Below, one piece after another: positions 49,156 through 59,754 of a stretch of DNA of 64,000 nucleotides (position 1 is the first letter of the stretch; every line of letters begins with the position of its first letter). Made by a program: the position numbers and the translations under genes. Under the pieces are notes generated by a model. It searched no databases and was not told where the DNA came from. It was given only the letters and a program-made list of their open reading frames with translations. Source of the stretch: Pseudomonadota bacterium (lineage in GTDB: Bacteria > Campylobacterota > Campylobacteria > Campylobacterales > Sulfurimonadaceae). The stretch covers positions 160,001-224,000 of the forward strand of contig JAZDQA010000013.1 in the NCBI GenBank assembly GCA_043797085.1, in the 5' to 3' direction.

Positions 49156-50531
49156 ATCAGCGTGTTGATTCGAGCCAATGTCTCCTCAACTCCGATAATT
49201 GCCATAACACTGTCCAATCCTGGACCTGAAAGTTTCCCTAACAACGCAACGCGTAACGGCTGACCGATTTTACCAAATCCGATTTCAAGCTGCGCTACAA
49301 CGCTCTCCATAACATGGTGATAATCACTTGGCAAATGAAGTTCTGACGCATTTTTCAAGGCAAGCGCAAACGCTTCTAAAATAGCCTTGCTCTCCTCTTT
49401 ATACCCTTTTTTAAGCGCTACTTCATCAAAATCTAATGGTCGAACTAAAACCTCATTAATCAGGGTAGCCATCTCTACCAACGTTTTCGCACGCTCTTTG
49501 ACCGCATCCAAAAGAATCTCTTTCTTATCGTGACTCACGAGCATCACTCCATGAAATTCAAGGAGTTCGCACAGTTTTTCATTGGACATATTTTTAAGAT
49601 AATGGCTATTAAGCCAATCGAGCTTTTCGGTGTTATAAACAGAGGCTGAACGGTTAATATCTTTTGGATCGAACAGTTCTAGCATCTCTTCCATTGAAAA
49701 AATCTCTTGATCTCCGTGACTCCATCCTAGACGTACTAAAAAGTTGAGTAACGCTTCAGGGGTATACCCCATCGTTTTATACATCATCACATCGGTTGCA
49801 CCATCACGTTTTGAGAGTTTTTTACCCTCGCTGTTATGGATCATCGGAACATGGAAAAATTTAGGTAAAGGGAAGCCTAATGCTTCATAAACAACGATTT
49901 GTTTAGGAGTATTGGAGAGATGATCATCACCTCGAATGACATCCGTTACTCCCATCAAAGCATCATCGACCGCCACAACGAAATTGTACGTCGGAGTACC
50001 ATCCGCACGGGCGATGATGAAATCATCCAAAATATCGGCAACATTGAAAACAACATCCCCTTTAACCCCATCATGAACCGTAATCGACCCCTCAAGCGGT
50101 GCTTTAATACGGATAACCGCTTCACACCCCTCTGGAGGTGTACCAGTAAAATCGCGGTAACGGTTGTCATATTTAGCCCGTTCTTTGCGAGCCGTTTGCT
50201 CTTCACGTAATGTATCTAGTTCTACTTTTGACATATAACATTTGTATGCTTTACCCTCATCGAGCAGTTTTTGGGCATATTCTTGGTAAATAGCTAAACG
50301 GCTTGATTGGTACTCGATCACGCCGTCATGCTCCAAGCCAACCCATTTAAACGCTTCAACGATAGCAAGCGCTGCCGCTTCATCATTACGGCTAAAATCG
50401 GTATCTTCAATACGGAGTATAAATTTCCCGCCATTACGACGAGCCCACAGATAACTCAGTAGTGCGGTGCGCAGACCGCCAATGTGTAAATATCCTGTCG
50501 GGCTTGGGGCAAAGCGTGTTACTATCATCAA
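49146..50531 (-). CDS. gltX: Glutamate--tRNA ligase
   Basis: RFAPSPTGYLHIGG, LRIEDTD, IRGDDH, KLSKR. Confidence 0.97.
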   Translation of the reverse strand: MMIVTRFAPSPTGYLHIGGLRTALLSYLWARRNGGKFILRIEDTDFSRNDEAAALAIVEAFKWVGLEHDGVIEYQSSRLAIYQEYAQKLLDEGKAYKCYMSKVELDTLREEQTARKERAKYDNRYRDFTGTPPEGCEAVIRIKAPLEGSITVHDGVKGDVVFNVADILDDFIIARADGTPTYNFVVAVDDALMGVTDVIRGDDHLSNTPKQIVVYEALGFPLPKFFHVPMIHNSEGKKLSKRDGATDVMMYKTMGYTPEALLNFLVRLGWSHGDQEIFSMEEMLELFDPKDINRSASVYNTEKLDWLNSHYLKNMSNEKLCELLEFHGVMLVSHDKKEILLDAVKERAKTLVEMATLINEVLVRPLDFDEVALKKGYKEESKAILEAFALALKNASELHLPSDYHHVMESVVAQLEIGFGKIGQPLRVALLGKLSGPGLDSVMAIIGVEETLARINTLIQR

Positions 50532-50613
50532 TAATCCTTTTTTGGTTGCCTAATTTTAGTTAAGACTAGGTTAAAAGCGGGTAAAATAGAGAACTTTACC
50601 TCAGGAGCAACAA

Positions 50614-51447
50614 TTGCGTTCACTGCTACTCTCATCCCTACTCCTTGCATCACTTTGGAGTGCACCTATCGGCGGAGTTGCCATCATGGTCAAAAATAGC
50701 CCCATAACTCTCTACGAAGTACAACAAGAGATGAAACAAAGCAAGACATCAGCACAACAAAGTGCCGATACCCTTATTCGTAAAAAACTTGAACAACTCG
50801 AAGCCAGTGAAAAAAAGATTACCGTCACTGCTGCCGAAGTCCAAGAAGAACTAGAAAGAATGGCGAAACAAAATAACCTCTCACTGGAAAAATTTCTGGA
50901 TGCCATGCAAACCGCACGAGGAATTAGCCAAAGTGAGTTAAAAGAGAAAGTGGAAGAGAATATTAAAGGACAAAAGCTTTACAACACTATTGCATTCTCT
51001 AAAATGGCACAACCTACTGCAAGCGAGGAAGCGGAATATTATCAGCTTCATCTCGATGAATTTTCTCAACCTGAACAATACATTGTAACAACCTATTTTG
51101 CTGCCTCTGCCGAAGCACTGCAAACCAAAATCGATGACCCGATGCGCAATGTCGAAAGCGTAGCTTCCAAGGATGAAAGTATCCCCTCAAAAGCGATAAA
51201 TCCTCAACTCGTACAGATTCTCAATAAAATTGAAGTAGGCAAATTCGGTCCTATCCTTCCCAATGGCAAAAATAGCTTTATGAGCTTTTACATGAAAGAT
51301 AAACCCAATATTATTACTGAAAATCTTGACTCTGTACGCCCGCAAATTAGCAATGCTATTATGGGAGAAAAACGAAATCAAGTGTTAAACGATTATTTTA
51401 CGCGGTTGCGCTTGAGTGCAGATATTAAAGTGGTACGGCTGCCGTAA
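50614..51447 (+). CDS. SurA-like periplasmic chaperone/PPIase
   Basis: Signal peptide, VK..PITLYE, SurA N-domain pattern, LR.SADIKV.R terminus. Confidence 0.75.
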   Translation: MRSLLLSSLLLASLWSAPIGGVAIMVKNSPITLYEVQQEMKQSKTSAQQSADTLIRKKLEQLEASEKKITVTAAEVQEELERMAKQNNLSLEKFLDAMQTARGISQSELKEKVEENIKGQKLYNTIAFSKMAQPTASEEAEYYQLHLDEFSQPEQYIVTTYFAASAEALQTKIDDPMRNVESVASKDESIPSKAINPQLVQILNKIEVGKFGPILPNGKNSFMSFYMKDKPNIITENLDSVRPQISNAIMGEKRNQVLNDYFTRLRLSADIKVVRLP

Positions 51448-51456
51448 AGGCATTCC

Positions 51457-52797
51457 TTACCCTTTATAATTTTCTAGGTATTTAGTATCGAAGTTGTTGT
51501 TGATAAAATCAGGATTTTTCATCATCTTTTGATGAAATGGAATCGTTGTTTTGATTCCTGAAACAGTAAATTCACTCAATGCACGGTGCATACGGGCAAT
51601 TGCGTCGTTGCGATCTCTTCCGTATACGATGAGTTTTCCAATCATCGAGTCATACGTCGGAGGAACCATATATCCTGCATGTACATGCGTATCGATACGG
51701 ACATTGCGTCCACCTGGTGCTATCCACTCGGTAATTCTACCCGGACATGGTAAAAATCGGATAGGATCTTCCGCTGTGATACGACACTCAATTGAGTGAC
51801 CGCTAAGAACCACAGTATCTTGGGATGGCAAAGCTTCACCCTCGGCTACACGAATCATCATCTCGATAAGATCTAATCCGCTTACCATTTCAGACACCGT
51901 ATGTTCTACTTGAAGACGAGTATTCATTTCCATAAAATAGAAATTTTTATCCGCATCAAGAAGGTATTCAAACGTTCCTGCACCCTCATATTTAATAAAC
52001 TTCGTTGCACGAACAGCAGAAGCATGAAGCTCTGCACGAATTTCAGGAGTCAACGCAACCGCAGGAGACTCTTCGATGAGCTTTTGATGACGACGCTGCA
52101 TAGAACAATCACGCTCACCAATGTGCAATACATTACCATGACTATCCGCAATGATTTGAACTTCGATGTGGCGCGGATTTTTGATGAATTTTTCCATATA
52201 GATGGTTCCATCACCAAATGCTGTAATCGCTTCTGCTTCTGCTGCTAAAAAAGCGTTTTCAATACCGCCTTCTTCTTCAACAACACGCATTCCGCGTCCG
52301 CCGCCGCCTGCTGCCGCTTTAAGGATGATAGGAAAACCAACCTCTTTGGCACGAACACGAGCTTCGGCAATATCTTTGATTGCGCCATCAGAGCCCGGAA
52401 CAACGGGGACACCGGCTGCAATCATGACATCCTTAGCTTTAGATTTATCGGACATCATCACCATAACTTCAGGAGTGGGACCGATAAATTTAATCCCGTG
52501 ATGGGTACAAATCTCTACGAAATGTTGATTTTCACTCAAAAATCCATATCCTGGAAAAATGGCGTCACAATTGCTAATTTCAGCCGCAGCAATAATAGAA
52601 GGGATATTTAGGTAACTGCTTGAACTTGGTGCAGCACCGATACAAATAGCAGCATCCGCGAGCTTAAGATACGAAGCATCTTTATCCGCAGTCGAATAAA
52701 CGGCAACAGCCTCTTTACCCATCTCTTGGATCGTACGAATAGCACGAAGAGCAATTTCGCCGCGATTTGCGACTAAAATTCGTTTAATTTCCGCCAT
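51457..52797 (-). CDS. accC: Acetyl-CoA carboxylase biotin carboxylase
   Basis: ANRGEIA, PGYGFLSEN, GGGGRGMR, ERDCSMQRRHQK, EMNTRLQVEH. Confidence 0.97.
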   Translation of the reverse strand: MAEIKRILVANRGEIALRAIRTIQEMGKEAVAVYSTADKDASYLKLADAAICIGAAPSSSSYLNIPSIIAAAEISNCDAIFPGYGFLSENQHFVEICTHHGIKFIGPTPEVMVMMSDKSKAKDVMIAAGVPVVPGSDGAIKDIAEARVRAKEVGFPIILKAAAGGGGRGMRVVEEEGGIENAFLAAEAEAITAFGDGTIYMEKFIKNPRHIEVQIIADSHGNVLHIGERDCSMQRRHQKLIEESPAVALTPEIRAELHASAVRATKFIKYEGAGTFEYLLDADKNFYFMEMNTRLQVEHTVSEMVSGLDLIEMMIRVAEGEALPSQDTVVLSGHSIECRITAEDPIRFLPCPGRITEWIAPGGRNVRIDTHVHAGYMVPPTYDSMIGKLIVYGRDRNDAIARMHRALSEFTVSGIKTTIPFHQKMMKNPDFINNNFDTKYLENYKG

Positions 52798-52799
52798 GA

Positions 52800-53252
52800 T
52801 TAAAGCTTCTTAACAGCGTACAACGGCATATCGTATTCAACTGCTTGCCCATCCGACTTTAATACTTCAAGGATTTCACAGTCGAATTCAGCTTCAAGCT
52901 CATTCATAATTTTCATTGCTTCTAAAATTGCAACAACTTGACCTTTTTTAACACGATCACCGACTTTAACAAAAGCAGGAGAATCAGGAGACGGGGAAGA
53001 ATAAAACGTCCCAACCATCGGTGATAAAATTGCATCACCACTCATCGGGGCAGATACAGACTCTGCACTAACTGCTGCTGCGGCAACAGGTGCGCTTACT
53101 GCTGTTACAGGCGCGGTCATCATTACAGGCGCTTGAACTACGCCAACATTTTTTTCTAACTCAATCGAAAAAGCATCTAAAGTGATTTTTAATTTTGAAA
53201 GAGTGCTTGCGTCAAACTCTTGTACTAATGTCTTAATTTGTTTCATATCCAT
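52800..53252 (-). CDS. accB: Biotin carboxyl carrier protein
   Basis: SPMVGTFY, EAMK, Ala/Pro linker. Confidence 0.97.
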   Translation of the reverse strand: MDMKQIKTLVQEFDASTLSKLKITLDAFSIELEKNVGVVQAPVMMTAPVTAVSAPVAAAAVSAESVSAPMSGDAILSPMVGTFYSSPSPDSPAFVKVGDRVKKGQVVAILEAMKIMNELEAEFDCEILEVLKSDGQAVEYDMPLYAVKKL

Positions 53253-53325
53253 GGGTGAATCGCTCCTAAAAGTAGGGTAATAGATATGCTATACTACCAT
53301 AAATTAAATTAACATTGGATAGTAC

Positions 53326-53886
53326 ATGGGTCTCAAAAGTGATGGATGGATTCGAAAAATGGCACTCGAAGAGGGGATGATTTCCCCATTTTGCGAGGAT
53401 CAAGTGGGGGTTGGCGTGGTTAGTTACGGGCTTAGTTCGTATGGTTATGATATTCGTGTAACAAATGAATTTAAAATTTTTACCAACCTAAATTCGACGG
53501 TTGTTGACCCAAAACTCTTCGATGATGCCAATGTTGTAGATTTTGTGGGGGATGTATGTATCGTTCCTCCTAACTCATTTGCACTGGCAAGAACCGTAGA
53601 ATATTTCAAAATTCCACGCGATGTTTTAGCCATTTGTTTAGGAAAATCTACCTATGCCCGTTGTGGGATCATTGTTAATGTCACCCCGTTTGAACCTGAA
53701 TTTGAAGGGCACATTACCATCGAGATTTCCAATACAACTCCTCTTCCGGCTAAAATTTATGCCAACGAAGGGATCGCACAAGTTCTCTTTTTACAAGGTG
53801 ACGAAGTGTGTGAAAAGAGTTATAAAGACAAAAGCGGAAAGTATCAGGGACAAGAGGGAATCACGCTTCCACGTATTTTAAAATAA
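53326..53886 (+). CDS. dcd: dCTP deaminase
   Basis: [29 protein letters not shown]. Confidence 0.96.
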   Translation: MGLKSDGWIRKMALEEGMISPFCEDQVGVGVVSYGLSSYGYDIRVTNEFKIFTNLNSTVVDPKLFDDANVVDFVGDVCIVPPNSFALARTVEYFKIPRDVLAICLGKSTYARCGIIVNVTPFEPEFEGHITIEISNTTPLPAKIYANEGIAQVLFLQGDEVCEKSYKDKSGKYQGQEGITLPRILK

Positions 53887-53933
53887 AAAGTGCTAAAATT
53901 CCAAAAGTTTATCAAATATTACAAGGAGCCCCC

Positions 53934-54170
53934 ATGTTACATGAATACCGTGACGTTATTACCCATATGAAAGAAAATAATGCGGCAAATGCCCATTTTT
54001 TGAAAATTTTCGACCGTCACAACAGTTTAGACGATCAAATTACTGAAGCTGAAAAAGGAAATCTTCCTTTAACTGATTTGGAGCTTGAAAAACTCAAAAA
54101 AGAGAAATTATTGCTTAAAGACGAAGCATACGCAATGATTATCGACTACAAAAAAGAGCACTCTCTCTAA
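53934..54170 (+). CDS. YdcH/DUF465 family protein
   Basis: MLHEYRD.I, HF.KIF.RHN.LD, LKKEKL.LKDE; AAGGAG RBS. Confidence 0.85.
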   Translation: MLHEYRDVITHMKENNAANAHFLKIFDRHNSLDDQITEAEKGNLPLTDLELEKLKKEKLLLKDEAYAMIIDYKKEHSL

Positions 54171-54175
54171 AAGTC

Positions 54176-54200
54176 GCCTCTAACGAGGCACCTTCTTTTC
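54176..54200 (+). terminator. Putative terminator
   Basis: GCCTC-TAAC-GAGGC followed by ACCTTCTTTT. Confidence 0.55.
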
Positions 54201-54308
54201 CCCCTCCTCTCTCTTAATATTGTTTTTTGATACATTTTTGAGTGTACTTTCAGCTTGACAGTGATAGCATTACTTTTTATTGTGCAAAATTATTAATGAG
54301 GAGAATTT

Positions 54309-54836
54309 ATGGATGCAAATCTTACATTTAGCAAATTAGCCGATTTCGGACGCGCTCTTTTAACAAAACCTACTTTAAATGAGGGGCTCCCCCTCATTTC
54401 TGAGTATGCCAAGGGTGTCAGTGGTGCTCAGCGATGCTCTATTTTTATTCGTAATTTTACGAACAAAACACTTTGGACAACACTTGCCGATGGTACCGAC
54501 ACCATTACCCTTCATGAAAATGACGGTATTGCAGGGCACACCATCAAAGAAGGCAAACCACTTCTCATTAACGACCCTTACAACGATGATCATTTTTTAT
54601 CCTCTATTGATGACAAAACTGGATTTGTAACCAAAAACATTGCTTCCATCCCCATTTTTGATTCCAATCGAAGGATTATTGGAGTCTTTCAACTGCTTAA
54701 TAAGCCCGATGGATTCAGTGCCAAAGATGCAAAATCAATGATTTTCTTTGCACATTACATTAGTACCTACTTAGAACTTGCCCTATCATTCGACAATCAA
54801 GGAACATTACTAAAAAAGGGAACCTATGGGAATTGA
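54309..54836 (+). CDS. Stand-alone GAF domain protein
   Basis: A.RCSIF, GIAG, D.Y.D..F..IDDKTGFVTKNI..IP, QLLNK..GF. Confidence 0.9.
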   Translation: MDANLTFSKLADFGRALLTKPTLNEGLPLISEYAKGVSGAQRCSIFIRNFTNKTLWTTLADGTDTITLHENDGIAGHTIKEGKPLLINDPYNDDHFLSSIDDKTGFVTKNIASIPIFDSNRRIIGVFQLLNKPDGFSAKDAKSMIFFAHYISTYLELALSFDNQGTLLKKGTYGN

Positions 54837-55326
54837 AATCTACCAACGAATTGCACAATTTGGAAAAAAACTGGCTCAATTGGATACTATTGATACGACG
54901 CTGCCCTCCATTGCCGAAGAGGCAAAAGCTATTATTAATGCACAGCGTTGCTCAATTTTTATCGTCGATCACTCTACTGATATGCTCTGGACAAAACTCA
55001 GTGATGGGATTGGGCGTATTGCCATTGCTCTTGATTCGGGAATCGTTGGACTTTGTGTTTCCACTGAGCAGTCCGTTATTGTTAATAATCCCTATGAAGA
55101 CAGCCGTTTTTTATCCAAGATTGATGAAAAAAGCGGTTTTGTTACCCAAAATATCCTTGCCATACCTATTTTCAATTCCAAACAAAATGTTGTGGGAGTT
55201 ATTCAGCTGTTAAACAAATACAACGGTGATTTCAATGAAAGTGACGAGGGGATTATGGGCTTTTTTGCGAACTATGTCAGCGGAACATTGGAACTGGCAT
55301 TGTTGATGGAAGAGAATAAGAAGTAA
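54826..55326 (+). CDS. Stand-alone GAF domain protein (paralog of the upstream gene)
   Basis: A.RCSIF, GIVG, PYED.RF..IDEKSGFVT.NILAIP, QLLNK..GDF..SDE. Confidence 0.9.
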   Translation: MGIEIYQRIAQFGKKLAQLDTIDTTLPSIAEEAKAIINAQRCSIFIVDHSTDMLWTKLSDGIGRIAIALDSGIVGLCVSTEQSVIVNNPYEDSRFLSKIDEKSGFVTQNILAIPIFNSKQNVVGVIQLLNKYNGDFNESDEGIMGFFANYVSGTLELALLMEENKK

Positions 55327-55329
55327 AAT

Positions 55330-57114
55330 TTACAACAACTCCCTCTTCATCCAATGACTTAAACAGTACAATCCCCATGTGTGCTGTTTAAATTTTCCTC
55401 GATGCGCCATTTCAATGTATTTTTCCAGCTCACTTGAATGAAATAATCCCGTCTGTACATTTACCTCGCGTATCAGATCAATACGCTTGGATGCAATAAG
55501 CCACTCCATATAAGGGTTTGCAAACCCTTTTTTCTTCCGATTTAAAATCTCATCACTCAAATATTTTTTTCCCATCTGTTTGAGAAGGTATTTTGTTCCT
55601 CCCTCTCCTATACGGGTTTGAGAATCAAGAGAAAAAACTGCCTTTGCAAAACTGTGATCCAAAAATGGAGCTCGCGCTTCAAGCGTATGTGCCATCGACA
55701 TCCGATCAAGTTTAGCCAAAAAATGTTCTCCCACAAAAAGCTTCAAATCAATAGCGCTATACCAATGTGAGGGATGAGTGTAATTACTGTTTTCAAATTG
55801 TTGTCGATAGGTTTCTAAAAATCGTAACGATTCGTTATCCCGCACATTTTGTCGTAACAATAAATTTTGCTGTAAATCGGTGAATTTTTCTCCCGAGGTA
55901 CGGAAGAGCAATGAGTCATCAAATATTCGCTTGTACCATTCCCACTCACGATTCATCGAAAAGTTACTGTGAAAATATTTCTTGAGCCAGTTTTTATGGT
56001 GAAGAGTAGCCGCTTTTTCAATGTCAAGGTACTCAAAATACTGTCGATACCCCAAAAAGAGTTCATCTGCACCCTCCCCGCTGAGGACGACTTTGTACCC
56101 TTCTCTTGCAATACGCTTCATCAACAAATACAATGGCAACGCAGCAGGATCATTAAGCGGTTCGTCCATCTGATCTAAAACTGTGTCCAAGTTTTCATCA
56201 AAATCATAGCGCGAAATCACCACCTCAGTATTTTCTAAACCCAACTCATTTGCAGTCACTTTTGCATTAGCACGTTCATCATATCCCGTATATTCATCAT
56301 AGCCGAGCGTAAAAGTGGGTAATTTTTTTCCTTGGGCTTTAGCGATGGCGCAAATCATTGCACTGTCAATTCCTCCAGAGAGCAAAGCACACATAGGGAC
56401 ATCGGAATCCAATCTTTTTTGGATACTGTGATGGAGCAGTTCTTCGATATTTTTCGTGGAATTTTGCGGAGTATCTAAAAGAGTGTAATAGCTCTGCTTA
56501 CTTATCTTCCCTTTCTCAAAACAGAGATACTCTCCAGATTCGAGCTTTTCAATCCCTTCATAAAACGTGTGCGGCGGTGCAGGGGCTAAAAACGAGAGAT
56601 ACGAGCGCATCGCATCTTCGTTCATTTTGACTGAGGATAAAAATGGTTTTATCGCTTTGATCTCCGAAGCAAAGACAAACGCATCCGCTCCTTGATAATA
56701 AAACATCGGCTTTTTACCAAATCGATCACGTACTAAATAAAGCTTCTCGCTATCGATCAGGGCAAACGCAAACATCCCATCAAAGTGCCTGATACACTCA
56801 ATTCCCCACCGTTGATACGCCGCTAAAACAACTTCGGCATCACTGTGTGTCTGCCATTGAAACTCTTCCAGCTCAAGACGCAATGCTTTATGATTATAAA
56901 TCTCTCCATTAAAACTCAAAAGAAGATTTTTATGGCGTAATGGCTGATGAGATCGGTGATGATTATCCGTAATAGAGAGCCGCTGATGCGCTAAAAAAAG
57001 CCCTTTTTGCTCAATGATTCCGCAATGATCCCGTCCGCGATGACGTAGAGTTGCCAAAGCTATGCGAGCCTTTGTGGGAGTATAATCCCCAATAATTCCA
57101 AATACTCCGCACAC
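55330..57114 (-). CDS. asnB: Asparagine synthase-like glutamine amidotransferase
   Basis: N-terminal MCG, RHRG, FNGEIYN, RD.FGKKP, LSGGIDS, SGEGADE, EARAPFLD. Confidence 0.92.
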   Translation of the reverse strand: MCGVFGIIGDYTPTKARIALATLRHRGRDHCGIIEQKGLFLAHQRLSITDNHHRSHQPLRHKNLLLSFNGEIYNHKALRLELEEFQWQTHSDAEVVLAAYQRWGIECIRHFDGMFAFALIDSEKLYLVRDRFGKKPMFYYQGADAFVFASEIKAIKPFLSSVKMNEDAMRSYLSFLAPAPPHTFYEGIEKLESGEYLCFEKGKISKQSYYTLLDTPQNSTKNIEELLHHSIQKRLDSDVPMCALLSGGIDSAMICAIAKAQGKKLPTFTLGYDEYTGYDERANAKVTANELGLENTEVVISRYDFDENLDTVLDQMDEPLNDPAALPLYLLMKRIAREGYKVVLSGEGADELFLGYRQYFEYLDIEKAATLHHKNWLKKYFHSNFSMNREWEWYKRIFDDSLLFRTSGEKFTDLQQNLLLRQNVRDNESLRFLETYRQQFENSNYTHPSHWYSAIDLKLFVGEHFLAKLDRMSMAHTLEARAPFLDHSFAKAVFSLDSQTRIGEGGTKYLLKQMGKKYLSDEILNRKKKGFANPYMEWLIASKRIDLIREVNVQTGLFHSSELEKYIEMAHRGKFKQHTWGLYCLSHWMKRELL

Positions 57115-57196
57115 CAGAGGACCCCTTAATATTAAAGTTTTCAGTATTATACGCTATCATAAGAAAATCATATTTTTATTCAAAGAACGCAATACA

Positions 57197-58060
57197 ATGA
57201 TACCTGTCTCTATCTCTCAAAAACAAATTGTCCTTGATTTCTTTGCCAATGATATTAAAGTAGTCAAAAAATATTTCAATGCCATCGGTTTTGATTTCGA
57301 TGAACGTTTTCGTTTTGATGTTTTTAAAGAGTTCATCTATTCCGCCGCTGGAATGTTTAAAGACATTGATCCGACCATTTACAATCAAGAACTTGTCAGC
57401 CAATTCAATACCATTCGTTATTTAAACGAGAGATATAGTGACTTTGAACAGCGTAGCCAGCACGTTCAAAAAGTATATACCAAAGATTTTCTCTGTGCCC
57501 AAGAATCGTATATGCATGAAAAAAAAGAGTTTGACTCCCTAAAAGGCGAGTTGCAAATGCTCATTGCCAAAGAACAAGTCGTAACTGCCAAACGAGATGT
57601 TATGGAAAAACAACTGGGAAATATTCCTCCGGAAGCTCATAATGAATTCGAACATGGACTCAAAAAAATCCGCCGAGAACAAGTAGACACCATCCATTTT
57701 ATCGGAACACACCGTAAAGAGCTCGAAGAACACCAAAGCAATCTAAAAGCGTTTGAAGATCTGCACCGCGAAGAGTTTCTCAAGTATTTCTATGAAATTA
57801 AAGAAAAACTAACCCATCAATACACCGAGTCACTCAACTATTTTGGATTTGCTTTCAACGAAGCTCTTTTTCGCGATTCTGAACGCTCGCGTGCCATTCA
57901 AAAATTTAAAACGGAAGCAGGAATACAAGGAGACATCAATCTATGCAAATACGTCGAATATTATTTGCGAAATGTTGTCCCTGAAGCGTTAGCAGATACG
58001 GGACATAAAGAACGGCTTCTTATCGCAAAAAATTATTGCAACAGTCTAGGGAAAAAATGA
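57197..58060 (+). CDS. Hypothetical coiled-coil protein
   Basis: 287-aa ORF with an E/K/Q-rich helical middle; ATGA overlap with the next gene. Confidence 0.7.
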   Translation: MIPVSISQKQIVLDFFANDIKVVKKYFNAIGFDFDERFRFDVFKEFIYSAAGMFKDIDPTIYNQELVSQFNTIRYLNERYSDFEQRSQHVQKVYTKDFLCAQESYMHEKKEFDSLKGELQMLIAKEQVVTAKRDVMEKQLGNIPPEAHNEFEHGLKKIRREQVDTIHFIGTHRKELEEHQSNLKAFEDLHREEFLKYFYEIKEKLTHQYTESLNYFGFAFNEALFRDSERSRAIQKFKTEAGIQGDINLCKYVEYYLRNVVPEALADTGHKERLLIAKNYCNSLGKK

Positions 58061-59754
58061 GGCTTTTTTTTACTAAGCTTTTCTCTATTTTAACCGAACA
58101 TGATAAAAAATTTCTTTTTATTTTGATTTTTATCTCCATCATTGTCTCGCTCATAGAGATGATTGGAGTAGGAGCCATTCTCCCGTTTATCAATATAGCC
58201 AGTAACTTTACCAACATTCATACTAATACTTATACGGAGGGAATTTATACTTTTTTTCATTTTAATAGCGATATTGATTTTGTCATAGCTATTGGAATTG
58301 TCCTTTTAATCTTTTATTTTTTACGCTCTATCCTCAATCTCGGATACTTTTATCTGTTAGCCAAATTTTCTAAAGGGCGCTATCACCTCATCGCCTACCG
58401 ACTTTTTGAAAATTATCTTGGGATGAGCTACCGATCCTTCATCGATAAAAATAGTTCAGATCTCAGCAAAGCTATTATTAATGAAGCGCAGAATATGACG
58501 AATCTAATTTCCGGTCTTTTACTGATGCTTAGTGAAGTCTTTGTGGTCATTTTTATCTATTCTATCATGCTTTACATCAACTGGAAAATTACGCTACTTA
58601 TTAGTACAATCTTGCTCGTCAACGCCTTGTTTCTTATCACGACCGTATCTCGCTCTATTAAAAAAGCAGGAGTCTCACGAGAAGAACATCAAAAGAAATT
58701 TTTTGAGATCATCCAAAGCTCTCTGGGTAACTTTAAAATGATGAAACTCACATCAAATACCGAACAAATTCTTAAAAAATTTGATCATGCCAGCAGCGGT
58801 TATGCTCAAGCCAATATACGAAACGAAACACTTATCCATTTGCCTAGACTTTTTTTGGAAGCACTGGGGTTTGGAATTATTATTTTTATGATAATTTACC
58901 TTATCTATAAATACCAAAGCGATATTTCCGGTGCATTAGCTCTTATCTCGATGTTTGTATTAGGGCTCTATCGACTCATGCCCTCAGCTAACCGTATCTT
59001 ATCGGGCTATAATCAAATCCTTTTTTATAAAAGCTCTCTCGATATTATTCATAATGATCTAATGTACGATGCAGAAAAACTACAAGACGACCCTATCAGA
59101 TTCGAGAAAACGCTTAAACTCGATCAGGTCTATTTTGAATATGATGAAAATAAACCTATTTTGAAAGACATCTCTCTCATAATTCATAAGGGAGACAAAG
59201 TAGCATTCATCGGAGAAAGCGGCAGTGGAAAATCGACACTGGTCGATATTATTATCGGACTTTATCGACCAAAAAGTGGCACAATTACAATAGATTCTAT
59301 ACCATTAGATGAAAGCAATATCAAAGCATGGCGAAGCAAAGTAGGCTATATCCCTCAAAGTATCTACCTCTTTGACGGCACCGTAGCTCAAAATGTCGCC
59401 TTCGGAAAACCTATTGATAACGATAACATCAAAGAATCTCTCGCTCAAGCTTCTCTTTTGGAGTTTTTGGAATCAACCCATGAGGGAATAAATACCATGG
59501 TAGGTGACGGAGGTATCAAACTCAGCGGCGGTCAGCGTCAGAGAATCGCCATCGCTCGAGCCCTCTATACAAATCCCGAAGTTTTAGTTCTTGATGAAGC
59601 TACCAGTGCTCTCGATAGTGATACCGAAACGAAAATTATGGAAGAAATCTTTAGAATATGTGAAGATAAGACATTAATTGTGATTGCCCATCGGTTGAGT
59701 ACGATTGAGGGGTGTGGGAAAACTTATAGGATTGAGAATACTAAAATAAAATGA
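58057..59754 (+). CDS. PglK/MsbA-like ABC exporter (glycan flippase candidate)
   Basis: TM domain with PRLFLE and YRLMPSANRI, Walker A GESGSGKS, LSGGQRQR, LVLDEATS; start moved to ATG 58057. Confidence 0.88.
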   Translation: MRLFFTKLFSILTEHDKKFLFILIFISIIVSLIEMIGVGAILPFINIASNFTNIHTNTYTEGIYTFFHFNSDIDFVIAIGIVLLIFYFLRSILNLGYFYLLAKFSKGRYHLIAYRLFENYLGMSYRSFIDKNSSDLSKAIINEAQNMTNLISGLLLMLSEVFVVIFIYSIMLYINWKITLLISTILLVNALFLITTVSRSIKKAGVSREEHQKKFFEIIQSSLGNFKMMKLTSNTEQILKKFDHASSGYAQANIRNETLIHLPRLFLEALGFGIIIFMIIYLIYKYQSDISGALALISMFVLGLYRLMPSANRILSGYNQILFYKSSLDIIHNDLMYDAEKLQDDPIRFEKTLKLDQVYFEYDENKPILKDISLIIHKGDKVAFIGESGSGKSTLVDIIIGLYRPKSGTITIDSIPLDESNIKAWRSKVGYIPQSIYLFDGTVAQNVAFGKPIDNDNIKESLAQASLLEFLESTHEGINTMVGDGGIKLSGGQRQRIAIARALYTNPEVLVLDEATSALDSDTETKIMEEIFRICEDKTLIVIAHRLSTIEGCGKTYRIENTKIK

